From Eledone cirrhosa (lineage: Eukaryota): DNA of 64,000 nt. The DNA is taken from NCBI GenBank assembly GCA_964016885.1, contig OZ024750.1, positions 5,890,001-5,954,000 on the forward strand, read 5' to 3'. Below the pieces are notes generated by a model. It was given only the letters and a program-made list of their open reading frames with translations, ran no database searches and was not told where the DNA came from. The position numbers and the translations under genes are program-made. Below, one piece after another: positions 28,838-43,753 of this stretch (within the stretch, counting starts at the first letter, position 1; each line of letters begins with the position of its first letter).

Positions 28838-29319
28838 ATATATATATATACATATACGTATATATATGTATATATATATGTATATATATATATATTTATA
28901 CAATTTTAAAAATATCTGAAGAATATATATATATATATTCTTTTTTTTAAATTGTACTTAAATATTCTTCTATTACGTTTCATCACTTATTCTTGAGTGT
29001 AGAGGCTCTTTAGTATGAGGAGAAAGTGTTCAATCTTACTCTGCTTTGCATATCTCTCAATAAATACCGTTAAAAACTACTTGATATTACTTTTAGATCT
29101 TAAAACATAACATGGAATATATAATGAAATTCATAATTGATTTTATTCGTTCTTATTTATAATGTATAATTCAATTATCTCAAAGTAATAACATGTCACT
29201 ATTGAAATCTCTCTTATATCTTATTCTTGCTCACTGTGTTCTTCTTAGAAAAATGTTTTTGTTTTAAGTCGTTTCTCAAATTGAAGGATATTTACTCCAC
29301 TGAATAAAGCTTTATTGAA

Positions 29320-29497
29320 CTTCTTCTTGTCGTGTCCATAAGAATGTCAGTTACAAAATTTGTCTAGATGTAGTTCCGCCACAGCTGAACACATTGCTGT
29401 CCTTTTCTCATTAAACTCAGCCAAATCCAATGTTGTGCAGGGGTGTTCCAGCAAGGGGTATATCAGCAAGTACTGCTTAGTCTGTGGTTCGATGCCG
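29320..29497 (-). mobile_element. Vingi/Ingi-like LINE 3' end, truncated by the assembly gap
   Basis: GIEPQTKQYLLIYPLLEHPCTTLDLAEFN (frameshift) GQQCVQLWRNYI*, then tail GGACACGACAAGAAGAAG; resembles a degenerate C-terminal zinc-knuckle region. Confidence 0.55.
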
Positions 29498-29697
29498 NNN
29501 NNNNNNNNNNNNNNNNNNNNNNNNNNNNNNNNNNNNNNNNNNNNNNNNNNNNNNNNNNNNNNNNNNNNNNNNNNNNNNNNNNNNNNNNNNNNNNNNNNNN
29601 NNNNNNNNNNNNNNNNNNNNNNNNNNNNNNNNNNNNNNNNNNNNNNNNNNNNNNNNNNNNNNNNNNNNNNNNNNNNNNNNNNNNNNNNNNNNNNNNN
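29498..29697. other. Assembly gap (200 N)
   Basis: Run of n. Confidence 1.
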
Positions 29698-30904
29698 TAC
29701 ACATACGTGATATGCATTGCTGTTTCTGTAAGTATACAATTATCATTCTTAAATGACTTGTATCTAAATAAGATTCATTTTTGCCTCTAGACAATAAATC
29801 GAGTTAGACTTTATCGCACCATTAGAATTTAACCTCTATCCCCAAGACGTTGTTTCTATCAGAGAATCATTCCTTCGATTCAAAATATGACTTGATCTAA
29901 GATATAAATCTTTCTTTTCTGAAACGGAAAGAAGCATCTAAATACGAAACCACAATTAATTATTTCACATTTTTTTCTCCTCTTTTATTTATTTTGTGTA
30001 CTTGATGTTTTATTTGTTTGTTGTTTGTTTTTTCTACAAAAAGAAATTACCAATCTTTACATGATTGCAATCGTTCTTTGGGGGAAAAAATAGAACTTGT
30101 ATTTGAAGAAATCTTTACTGATTGATATTCGTTGGCAAGTAAGTATGTTCACCAGAATAAAAATCCACAATGTGTCGTATATATTTCTTTGAAACGAAGT
30201 TTTCTTAGCGTTATTGATAGATCAATGAATCTAAAGCTGTGGAAAATCTTCTATTACAAAACTGTGACATACATCTAAAGTAATTGAAGTCATCTGCATA
30301 TAAGCAGTTTATTATATTTACTCTAAACTTACGTCTCATTGTGGGAGCCACTACATGGTCAGTCGTTCTACTAGAAATAGCAGCAAAAATCTCCCACATA
30401 TCCCACTCCTTTGCTATCAAGAAATAAAAAAAAATCAAGAGACATTTTGTATGAATGAAATTTGGGAATGTCATGTTTGGAATAGCTTTCATAACAGATA
30501 TTAACAACAACAGAAATTAATGTATGCAAGATTTCTCAGCTCTAGCATGAATCCTTCATAGCCAGCCTTTTAGCCAACCCGACGGAAGAAATCAGCAGAA
30601 TTTGGCAGTAAGTGTAAAGAAATTTGTTTTTTGGAAACGTTGTAGAGTCGAGTTTAAATATAAACCACGTATGTTAATCCTTTTAATAAAAGGTATGAAT
30701 GGCAAAAATTGTCTAATCAAAGAAAGTCAAGGAATATTATAGAATTAACTATGTAAATGAATGTCATTTTATTCTCTATTGTGGTTAACCAATGTGAATA
30801 TATTGATAACAAAGTCTTAGCTAATTAATTTCCCAGCGAAAGTCGCATAGTAATATTTAATATTAACGAAATGAAACAAATGTATCTTGTTGTCTAGCGT
30901 GGTT

Positions 30905-32061
<1,157 letters not shown>

Positions 32062-32234
32062 GGTAATTACAAAGGAAAATGAAAGGAAAAGGGAGTGTTC
32101 TATGTATATAACAGAGCTATATAATTAGAAAGTTCACAACACACAATATAACTACTATTACCAAAGGTTTCTGGATCACAGACGATAATAATATATGTCT
32201 GGATCAGTCGTCAGACAGAGATGTTATCACTTTC

Positions 32235-32288
<54 letters not shown>

Positions 32289-32289
<1 letters not shown>

Positions 32290-32547
32290 CGGGAGCCTCC
32301 CAAAAGTCAGCTCGAGAGTAGCACAGAGGAGACTGAGGTTAGCTGGACATGCTCACCGACATCCAGAGTTGACACTGCACTCAGTGCTCTATGGGAGCTC
32401 CTGCATGGACACACTGGAAGAGGGAGACCCAGGTTGACATATGTTGACACTGGTCACTTGGAGACGCAGGACATGGCAGTGATAATGAGGGACAGAGACC
32501 CTTGGAGAGAACTCGTCCATGGATCTCGGGAATTTTACCCACCCTAG
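32289..32547 (+). mobile_element. 5'-truncated RTE/RTEX-like LINE inside (TA)n, frameshifted
   Basis: LPKVSSRVAQRRLRLAGHAHRHPEL...; same family as 1-217, with deletions. Confidence 0.8.
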
Positions 32548-32961
32548 ATTATATATATATATAAGAGAATATAAATGAAAATATATACTCCATTCAGAAT
32601 GTTGAGTAAAGCTGAATCACTCCATACATCCTACATTTCATTTCAAAAATAAATTTAGTGTCAATATAACAAAGTGGAGTTTGTATATATATAATCTAGT
32701 GCGATATCACAAGATCTAGTAAACAGCGAACAGAGTGTGAAAATAGGTAGTAACATGTGCTTACGCCGTATTTGACTAAATAAAATTAGCCTGTTAGTTG
32801 GGATTTTTAAAAAGCTATCTGAATAGAATAAAGGTCGAGCATTGAGGTACATGGGACACGAACGCACATCTTTGGTATGCCAGACCAACGTGGTACCATT
32901 GGTAGCACATTGGTCCATTCAGAGAGTTTTTTTTTAAATCCCAACTAACAGACTAATTTTA

Positions 32962-33173
32962 ATAATAATGGTTTCTTATATAGGCACAAGGCCAGTAATT
33001 TTAGGGGAGGGGAAAGTCGATTAAATCGACCCCAGTGCGTCACTGGTACTCTATTTTATCGACCCTGTAAGGATGAAAGGCAAAGTTAACCTCGGCGGGA
33101 TTTGAACTCAGATCATAAAGGGCTGTAACTATGCTGCAAAGCATGGCGTCCGACCCTCTACCGATTCTGCCAA
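32962..33173 (-). mobile_element. SINE family A copy
   Basis: Reverse complement of head, core and tail. Confidence 0.85.
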
Positions 33174-34256
33174 CCGAATGGTTTCTAATGTTGGATCTGC
33201 ACCCCGCGGACAAGACCGCAGATGCATTACTGCGGAATGATATTTAGTTACAGTTTGGAGCCAATTAACAGAAAATTGTCGGCTAATTTGTTTTCCATTT
33301 CCTGTGATCGCCATTTTACTTTCTTTGCGTTGCAGGTAATTTTACATTAAGTATGAACGTCTTAAGCCCAATGTTTTCTTCCTGTATTAAATTGATGAGG
33401 ATATGTATAATAAAGAATTAATATTGATGTATTGTTTCTATTTTAATATTTAGAAAATGTGATCAATATTTTAAATGGATCTTATCTACGTTCGACTACC
33501 ACGTGTTAATTTATTGTCTATAGAGCTCCCAGTCAGTACCATTATAGCTTTACATTCCATTGCATCTCTAGTGTTGTAGCTGAGATTGTGTCAAACGGAA
33601 AGAGGTCAAAGTTACGATATTTATCAGACTTGAATAAAGCACTGAGCAAAGGGATGTAACTCTTCTAACGTCCGTTTCAATATTATGAAGGTTGTGTCAT
33701 ATATATTCCTTTGTCACTAAAGTTAGAGCAATAGATCTTTTCTAATTTAATGAATTATGATTTATATATTTCGGTTGTTAATACATAATTGAAATATGTC
33801 GAAGCAATTCATTTTTTCCCCTTTCTTTTCTAATAAACGATAATAATTTTCAGGACGACGTTGACTATAATATTGAGGATAAAGGCGCTAATAAAAATAA
33901 TGATGTTGATAACGATATCAATAATAATAATTTAGTTTAATTTGTGATTTATTTATCGGAAGTCACATTTATTGGAATAATAAACGAAACATTCTTTGAA
34001 GTGGTCGGTCAACTAAAACTTTGCGGTTCAAATCACACAGCCAGGACGATCATATATTAAAAAGTGACTTTTATTCAGATTTTATGATTGCGAACAAAAT
34101 GAAAATAATATATATATATACACAAATATACATTCATACACATTTACACACACACATATATATATATATACATACATATATACATACATACTACATGTAT
34201 ATATATGCACATACATACTCATATACATGCTCATATATACATACATACATTCATAC

Positions 34257-34287
<31 letters not shown>

Positions 34288-34462
34288 AACGTATATAATT
34301 GAAAAAAGTATACATATTTATGTGTATATATGTATCTATATGTCCATATGTTTCTGTATACATGCGTATAAAGAATTTTGTTATAAAACATCAATTAAAT
34401 CTATATTTTTTAATAATCTAAACAAATATTAGATCGCCAATTATTATTTCTCGCAGCAAGTC

Positions 34463-34495
<33 letters not shown>

Positions 34496-35143
34496 TATTA
34501 TTATTACTATTATTACTATTATTATTATTATTATTATTATTGTTAATTCTTTCTTTTTAAATTATATATTGTTTTTGTAACTTTTCATTATAAAATTTTA
34601 CAATTCTCGCGTCGGTTTTAGTTTTTTAAACAAGTTGCTGAAAACAACAAAATGGCTAACTCATAAATACTTGATTTATCTTAGTAAGCATTAATTATAT
34701 TTACCCCAAGTTTATTTAGTTAAAATAAAGAAAATAGAATAAAATAAAAATAAAAGACGCAAATAGTTGTCTGGAAAAAATTTCATTTGAGATTTATGTG
34801 CTACAACTGAGACCTACCTTATATTCTTCGTTGTTGGTGAATATAAAACCGTAGCTTGATTTGCAACGCATTAAATGTTCATAAAAGGTAGCTTTCAAAT
34901 TGACACGCAAAATAAAACACGCTTCGTCGGAAAATCTGAAAAGGAGAAAGTAATGAAATAAAAATAAAATATTGCTTTAAAATTAAATTATTATGTGAAA
35001 TACGGGGGAAGATAGATTAATGGATTATATATATATATATATATGTGTGTATATATATATCATCTGGGGAATAAACCATATTTTATGAAACGTAGGCTTG
35101 GCTATTGTCTATATTTACATACGCATGGCTATGCATGTCTTCT

Positions 35144-35194
<51 letters not shown>

Positions 35195-36253
35195 CTCGCA
35201 AAGGCAACTGAGTGTGGGGTCTTGATAAACGGTCACAAGCGATAAACAGACTGTCTGTCGGCCGCTCTCTGCTGTTTTTGCCGAGAATAAGTAAGTGACA
35301 TAGTCACTACTTAAAAAACTCATAGCGAATGGTCTTCTAAATGTTTTAAATTAAACATACAGTATATTGCCAAATATACTATACATACATTCATATATAT
35401 ATATCAGCCATACCACTTTCTCTGTATCTTTTGTTTGATGCAAGGCAGAGAACATAGAATTACATCAAATTGATAAGTATTTCTTATACATCTTTATTTA
35501 CTTTTATCAAGCAACAGAATATATGTTCCCGTAATTAGGTTTACTTGTGTTTCGTTTTAAATGTCCAGTACAGGATTCTGTATCCATAGACAAACGGTCC
35601 ATTTCAGTCTTTTTAGTATCTCTTCAGTATGGCTTATCAGACTTATTAGACGGTTTTCAATGTATGTGGCGTAGAATGAAAGAGAGGACTAGAGAGTGTG
35701 CATGCGTGTGCGTTCGTGTAGGTGTGTGTTTGTGTGAACTATGAAATTTTCAGCTGACCTTCGTATCTATAATAGATATTTAGAAGCGACAAAATATCTC
35801 TTCCGTTAATGAAGTTTCTAAAAAGGTCTGTCTCGAGTCCGGAGGCACATTAGGCCGGTACTTATCCTGGATTCTGTGAGGTGAAGCAGCAGAGAGTACA
35901 AAACTCCCCCACTGGACAACTTGCCAGTCCATCGCATGGTTAACTCCACCCCTCAGCTATTGCTGGTATTCCTTTTCAGCTGATTAAACCGGAGCAACGT
36001 GATATGAAGTATTTTTTGCTTAAGAACAAAACCCACAAGACAGTCCAGAAATCGAACCCACGATATTATGACCATAAGTTCAATACTCTTATCACGAGGT
36101 CACGCGGTATTCAAGTTTGATTCTATTTTTTTTTTTTAATGTTTAATTTTAAATTCTGTATTCATAAAGAAATAATTCGTTTCGATGCTAATAACGTCCG
36201 TGTGGTATAAATTAACCTAGATGCGGGGAAGGTCTTTTCTTGATGTATATGGA

Positions 36254-36336
<83 letters not shown>

Positions 36337-36429
36337 TTGTATTACTCTTTTTTCATTTCGTATTTTCATTTTCTAAATTATAACCCCCGGTAAAAAATAA
36401 GACTGTTTAATGTAGTAATATTCAGGTGG

Positions 36430-36475
36430 GGACAGAGAGATAGAGAGGTAGAGGGAGAGAGAGAGAGAGAGAGGG

Positions 36476-36510
<35 letters not shown>

Positions 36511-36885
36511 GACAGAGGGAGAGGGAAGTAGAGAGAGAGAGAGAGAGAGAAAGAGGTAGATAGAGAGAGAGAGAGAGGGAAGTAGAGAGAGGAGAGAGAG
36601 GTAGAGACGGAGAAGTAGAGAGTCAGAGAAGTAGAGAGAGAGGTAAAAAGAGAGAGGTAGAGAGAGACAGGTAGAGAACGAGAGGTAGAGAACGAGAGGT
36701 AGAGAACGATAGAGGTAGAGAGCGAGAGGTAGAGAGAGAGAGAGAGAAAGAGGTAGAGAGAGAGAGAGAAAGAGATAGATAGAGAGATAGATAGAGAGAT
36801 AGATAGAGAGATAGATAGAGAGATGGAGAGAGATAGATAGAGAGAGAGATAGAGATAGAGAGAGATAGATAAAGAGAGAGAGAGG
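36430..36885. repeat. Purine-rich GA/GGTA/GATA low-complexity tract
   Basis: Direct inspection. Confidence 0.9.
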
Positions 36886-37092
36886 TAAAAAATAGAGAGA
36901 ATAAAAAAGTCAAAATTAAAATCGGAAAATAGGGTTGGTGTATCACCAGATTTCCATTTCACCAACAGCAAAGTACGAATTAAGACTTTAGAAAGTAGAG
37001 AGATTTTTTCTAATTCGTGGGAGGATTGTAAGAGTGAAAACGAGGTTTACAATCTTGTAATAAACTGCATCATTTTGTTTGTGTTTTGTTGA

Positions 37093-37144
<52 letters not shown>

Positions 37145-37199
37145 CAGAATTAGCCGTCGAAACGGCTTGAGCTCAGCCGTCGGGGTCCTACTCGTTCCT

Positions 37200-38189
37200 A
37201 TATATATATATATATATATATACATATATATGTATGTATATACATATATATATATATACATATATATGTATATATATGTATGTATATATATATACATATA
37301 TATGTATATATATATATACATATATATGTATGTATATATATGTATATATATATACATATATATATACATATATATGTATGTATATATATACATATATGTA
37401 TACGTATATATATACATATATGTATACATATATATGTATATATATATACATATATATATACATATATATGTATATATATATACATATATATATACATATA
37501 TACATATATATGTATATATATATACATATATATATACATATATATGTATATATATATACATATATATATACATATATATGTATATATATATACATATATA
37601 TATACATATATATGTATATATATATACATATATATATACATATATATGTATATATATATACATATATATATACATATATATGTATATATATATACATATA
37701 TATACATATATATATACATATATATGTATATATATATACATATATATATACATATATATGTATATATATATACATATATATATATGTATATATATATACA
37801 TATATATGTATATATATATACATATATATATGTATATATATATACATATATATATATGTATATATATATACATATATATATATGTATATATATATACATA
37901 TATATGTATATATATATACATATATATATATGTATATATATATACATATATATGTATATATATATACATATATATGTATATATATATACATATATATGTA
38001 TATATATATACATATATATATACATATATACATATATATATACATATTTATGTATATATATATACATATATATATATGTATATATATATACATATATATG
38101 TATATATATATACATATATATATATACATATATATATACATATATATGTATATATATATACATATACATATATATGTATATATATATAC

Positions 38190-38237
<48 letters not shown>

Positions 38238-38244
38238 ATACATA

Positions 38245-38317
<73 letters not shown>

Positions 38318-38575
38318 GTATGTATATACATATATATATATATATATATATGTATGTATATATATACATATATATACATATATATATGTATGTATATATA
38401 TACATATATATATACATATATATGTATGTATATATATATACATATATATACATACATATATATGTATGTATATATACATATATATACATATATATGTATG
38501 TATATATACATATATATACATATATATGTATGTATATATACATATATATACATATATATGTATGTATATATATAC

Positions 38576-38606
<31 letters not shown>

Positions 38607-38775
38607 TACATATATGTATGTATATGTATATATTTATGTATATATTTATATATATTTATATATATATATTTACACACACATACATACACATACATACATA
38701 CATACATATACATACATACATACATACATATACATACATACATACATACATATATATACATATGTATATGTATGT
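37200..38775. repeat. About 1.6 kb TA/CA/TG microsatellite
   Basis: Direct inspection. Confidence 0.95.
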
Positions 38776-39394
38776 ATGCAATTCACTGCCTTGTCAGAAT
38801 ATTCTCTTATCGTCTGGAACAAGGAGCGGTTTCAATTTGTCGGATAATGAAATTTGAGTGTTTTTTTCTCTAATTGCTCTGAGGATTGCAAGGGTCACTG
38901 CGGAGTTTGCAATCATTTCGGTAACTGGAATAAACCAATTCCTTTTGTTCAAATGTTGTTTATTGAAATACGTGTTTCGTTTTCTTGAAATTAATGTGAT
39001 TTTTTAATGCATACCTCTTCTCGATGTTTTATTAATTTATTTGAAGCAAATCGATTATTTTAAAGTTAATAACCTTACTATGCATGTCTACACTACCGCC
39101 ATGTGCTCTGTATGATGCACCGTTTTACAATTTACTATAGATATTTACGAGAAGTGAAAGAGTTTCTACATGGTCAATAGACTATATAGATTTCTCTCGT
39201 TACCAAATCCCTCTCAAATCGTAACACCCCCTCTGAGAGAGCAAAAAAAAAACAAAAAAAAAACAAAAAAAAAACTCAGATTGTGGAGTCCGAGATAAAA
39301 TATGCCTGAAAATATAGGATTGTCAAGTTTCCAATGATTTAGATCATACATCTACTCAATCAAGGATGTCTGGTGAGTAAATATCATCATCATC

Positions 39395-39960
39395 ATCGAT
39401 AAAATAAAGTACCAGTAAGGCACTGGGGTCGATTTAGTCAACTTTCCTCTCCCCCAAAACTGTTGACCTTGGGCCTTAACTTGAAAAGGGCGGTGAATTG
39501 GCAGTATCGGTAGAAGATCGGACGCCATGCTTTGACGCATAGAGTTAGGGCCCTTGCCATTCTGAGTTCAAATCCCGCCGAGGTTACCTTTGCTTTTTAT
39601 CCTTACGGGGTCGATAAAATAAAGTACCAATAATGTACTGGGTGATTGCTGGCTTTGTGCCTAAAATAGAATCAATTATATGTATTGTCAATTATATGCA
39701 TTATATGTATTGTCAATTGCGGATATGAAGAATATTGTTAAGTTGCATATTTGTACAAATAGTGATAATAATTGTTTCTACTTTTGGCACAAGGCCAGCA
39801 ATTATCCCAGTGCATTACTGGTACTTTATTTTATCGACCCCGTAAGGATGAAAGGCAAAGTTAACCTCGGCGGGATTTGAACTCAGATCATAAAGGGCCG
39901 TAAGTCTATTCTACAAAGCATGGCGTCCGACTCTCTACCGATACTACCAATTCACCGCCC
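39395..39960. mobile_element. SINE A cluster: partial (+), full (+, 39487-39678) and full (-, 39765-39960)
   Basis: GGGCGGTGAATTGGCAGTATCGGTAGA head at 39487 and its reverse complement ending at 39960. Confidence 0.85.
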
Positions 39961-40096
39961 TTTGATAATAAAATAATAAAAATAAAAAGGGGAAGAAAAA
40001 TTAATTTTCACATACATGTTCATTCAGAGAAGAGAGTTCATTTCTCTGTCCATCCTTCTCTGTTAATGGCTTGGTTGTGACTATATATATATATAT

Positions 40097-40380
40097 AATT
40101 GGTGTGGGATGCTTAAAGCGTCCGTAAGCGGTAGAGCATTTGAGCACTCGGTGCTCTTACAGAGCAGAGTATAATATCACATAAGAAACGGAGAATCAGT
40201 GGTGCTACGAATAAAATTTATTAGACATATTACAATCGAGACATATCCGAGGATCTTGCGATTTCAGAGTCAGGTTTGATCATAGCATCGATCGTGCCTC
40301 GAGCTGGTCGCCAGAGAAACGATTGTAATATGTATAATAAATCTTATTCGTAGCACTAATGATTCTCCGTTTCTTATGTG

Positions 40381-40384
<4 letters not shown>
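40097..40384. mobile_element. TA-embedded fold-back module (inverted arms within 40174-40384)
   Basis: ATATCACATAAGAAACGGAGAATCA vs TGATTCTCCGTTTCTTATGTGATAT. Confidence 0.8.
40241..40333 (+). ncRNA. Type I hammerhead fold with C4 core variant and long stem II
   Basis: ACATAT-CCGAGGA-TCTTGCGA...TCGCCAGA-GAAA-CGATTG-TA-ATATGT, then AATAAA. Confidence 0.7.
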
Positions 40385-40418
<34 letters not shown>

Positions 40419-41289
40419 TTATATATGTCTATATATTAGGTTAAGCCATAAAGATGTTTTCGTTAAATTTACATGGGGGGGGGGGGGGCAGTAGATCTAA
40501 TACTGTACTAGATTTATGCATCAGTAACCCAACTTGTGTATATAATGTGAGGTCCATTGTCCTCATAAATAACTCTTTGAAGATTTTCAGATTAGTCTAT
40601 TTAAATATATAAGTAACAATAGACACAAGATCGTCCTAGATGACTCTCGAATTAATAGACAAGTCTCAGCTGTTACAAATACGAGCAGTCTTCATGAGAA
40701 AATATGAGAGAAAATTACAGAGATTAGAAAAAGTAACAAAAATGCAAAAACACTGCGTAGCCATTTATGTATAAGTCTTTGGTTTTTCTTTGCTTCTTTA
40801 AATGTAGAATCATTTCATGTTTTTGAATTCTTATCTTAATCTCCGTTGACCTTGTATAATTAATTTCAGTTTCACCATTGCTATCCGATACATAATCATT
40901 GCTTGCGGAACTCATTTGTTTACACTAACGTTCGTTTTGAATAATATAATATTCACTTAAATTAGCGTTAATTCCTTACTGAATTACAAGGTTAAACGGA
41001 ACTGTACAAATGACTTGACTTTACTAATGTCAAATTATTTAATATAACGCCATAGAATTATATTTTATAGAACGGGGCGGAACTTCCTATTAGATGCTGT
41101 ATTAAAAACACCTTTATGTAGGTTTGACGTCTTATACTGTAAAGAACATTATACCTCTGTTGTAGACTCATGAAAGCATCATTTCTTGTACCAAAGATAT
41201 CATTAATAGTCTCAATGATTCAAAAGTGATACTTTATCATTCCAGTTATCAAATAGAGTTTCACATTGAAATACTAGAATATACTAACA

Positions 41290-41497
41290 GGGGAGACTTC
41301 TGGTGTCCTTGGCCCTAGCGTCACCCCCTTACTCATCATCATCGGAACAGAGTTAGCTACTGGTAGGTTCTTCTGTCGTGTCCAGGCAAGCCGGGACAGT
41401 GACAGAGAGGTACAAAGGTCGTAGGTTTTACTTTTGAGTGTCCTTCTCCTAGGCAGTTGCCAACCAAGGCTAACGAGTCTGCCTCTCCTGTGACGCG
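41290..41497. mobile_element. CRE-like RLE fragment (41290-41360, +) abutting a short LINE-derived piece (41368-41497, -)
   Basis: First part matches the 79-bp satellite unit; second part carries CTAGGAGAAGGA (as at about 59630) and a GGACACGACAGAAGAA tail (as at 29320). Confidence 0.55.
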
Positions 41498-41532
41498 AAA
41501 GAATATATATATCATAAATATATACCATAAAA

Positions 41533-42072
41533 CAGGGGTGTGCAACATATTCCATTGGCGGGCCACTTTTGAACATTGGAACAACTATTAGGGCCATTAA
41601 TATTTATTAAACACTATTCCAAAGATTCACCACAACTTCTTTCCATAACATGGGACTGGGAAATTATAACACACATAACCCTATCAGTGAAGCCCTTTAG
41701 TATAGGTCAACTGGGAAATTATAACACACATAACCCTATCAGTGAAGCCCTTTAGTATAGGTCAACTGGGAAATTATAACACACATAACCCTATCAGTGA
41801 AGCCCTTTAGTATAGGTCAACTGGGAAATTATAACACACATAACCCTATCAGTGAAGCCCTTTAGTATAGGTCAACTGGGAAATTATAACACACACAACC
41901 CTATCAGTGAAGCCCTTTAGTATAGGTCAACTTACAGAAAATTGTATTACGGTTACGAAAAAGAATTCTAAATAAGCCTACAATGTAAAAATTAGAAATG
42001 GTCATCGCGGGCCACTCTGGCTGGTCTGGCGAGACAGATTGTGGCCCGCGGGTCGCCTGTTGCACGCCTCTG
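41533..42072. mobile_element. hAT-type MITE
   Basis: TIRs CAGGGGTGTGCAAC / GTTGCACGCCTCTG, subterminal GCGGGCC motifs, imperfect 8-bp TSD CCATAAAA / TCATAAAC. Confidence 0.8.
41655..41932. repeat. 55-bp minisatellite, 5 copies, inside the hAT MITE
   Basis: Unit ACTGGGAAATTATAACACACATAACCCTATCAGTGAAGCCCTTTAGTATAGGTCA. Confidence 0.95.
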
Positions 42073-42543
42073 TCATAAACAATATATCCCTTATAACAAC
42101 TGTGTATTTGTGGCCATGCGGCAGCAGTTCCACCATAATGGTATAAATCCAATCCACACTTGAATGATATATCTTGTCTTGAGGAACTATTAAGACAGTC
42201 ATGGACCTTATCTACAAACTATCTAAAATAATCTTCCGTGATTCATATAAGGATATGTTTATTTTTTTTTATAGGTGACTGATTATGTCTGATAAACGTT
42301 CAGTGAAGAATCAACACTATTTCATTCACGCCCTAATACAAATGTTGGCAGTTAAGACCAGATTTTCACGCCCTAATAATTAAATAAATCATTCTAGTAG
42401 CAAGCCAGGCGCTAAAGAGATGGGTGACGTTGATACAAAACTGAAGACTGGAAATGTTGAAAGTAAATAGGATTGAGATTGCGGGAAACGCTATGTAGCT
42501 GAGCGAAGAAAATACATTCATATATATATTTATAGATTCATAC

Positions 42544-42586
<43 letters not shown>

Positions 42587-42754
42587 TATATATACATATA
42601 TACACAAACACATATATATAGTGGTAGAACACTGGAAGGTAATATCCGTAGTGGTAGAGCACTCAATCCATGGAACGAGTTAGGTAGAAGTGGTTACACA
42701 ACAGTTAGTTCACCATACCGAGAACAATTATATATATATATATAGATATATATA

Positions 42755-42959
42755 TATTAAAATAACAGATTAAAGTTTAAGCAAAGAATCGCTGCTTTCA
42801 CCCTTAACTTCTGAGTTTCAGAAGATCCCGTTAAGGGTGAAAGCAGCGATTCTTTGCTTAAACTTTAATCTGTTATTTTAATAAATATTTGCTCTACGGT
42901 TCTTATATATTAGATATATCGAGCCCTCTTTGGATTTTAGTCTTCACATTTATTATTAT

Positions 42960-42962
<3 letters not shown>
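42755..42962 (+). mobile_element. TA-embedded fold-back module with A4-variant hammerhead fold (42813-42864); relatives at 28270-28345 (-) and 51367-51400
   Basis: GAGTTT-CAGAAGA-TCCC-GTTAA-GGGT-GAAA-GCA..TGC-TT-AAACTT; inverted arms within 42755-42883. Confidence 0.7.
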
Positions 42963-43003
<41 letters not shown>

Positions 43004-43007
<4 letters not shown>

Positions 43008-43352
43008 GGTTATGCACGAGTGCATTAATGTTTTCCAGGACACAGTGTTATGTACCGTGTAGTGGAATGTCAGCTTACAACAGAGTGGTGCTCAACGAAA
43101 TGCAGAAAAAAGGTGTATATTCCAGTTTAGCTATATTCCGGGGCGTGTATAAAGAATTAAAAAGAACAGAAAGATGCAGTAAAAGAGATTTATTCGGTTC
43201 TTACGTACGTTTCAATAGACATCAATTTGCCTAGATCTCGAGATTTGCCTAGATCTCGGGATGTAGCGAGATCTAGGCAAATTGATGTCTATTGAAACGT
43301 ACGTAAGAACCGAATAAATCTCTTTTACTGCATCTTTCTGTTCTTTTTAATT

Positions 43353-43359
<7 letters not shown>
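43004..43359. mobile_element. TA-embedded fold-back module (93-bp arms 43148-43240 and 43267-43359) with hammerhead 3' half
   Basis: GAAA-CGTACG-TA-AGAACC-G-AATAAA at about 43294-43318. Confidence 0.75.
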
Positions 43360-43395
<36 letters not shown>

Positions 43396-43753
43396 CATGC
43401 ATGCATACATATAAACTTTACATAAATACATACATAAATACATACATATATACATGATTGATTCAGCTTGTAAGATGATAGTCGACCCAACATCACCTCA
43501 ATCATTCATGCGATTCTACAGCATCCCATTTGCGAGGAGGCAACATATCAATCCAACAACAAAAAGAAAGACCCCTACTTCCCGCTGCACTTCCCGCTGA
43601 TATCACTCCAGCATAGAACACATCGACACAGGTTACTGAGGACCCATGACATCTCGCACCTATACTACATCGCTTGATGTGACGATACCAAGGAAGTGGC
43701 CGTATTTCATAGATGCAAATTCGCACGATACCCGAATAGCTGCAACAATAAAG

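Noticed and set aside
29347-29794. ORFs spanning the X run
   Set aside because: Artefacts of the 200-N gap
35061-35145. TA-flanked CTGGGGA-ATAAA..TTTAT-GAAA hammerhead-like motif
   Set aside because: The core A6 is altered and stem I is not identifiable; possibly a decayed member but not supportable alone
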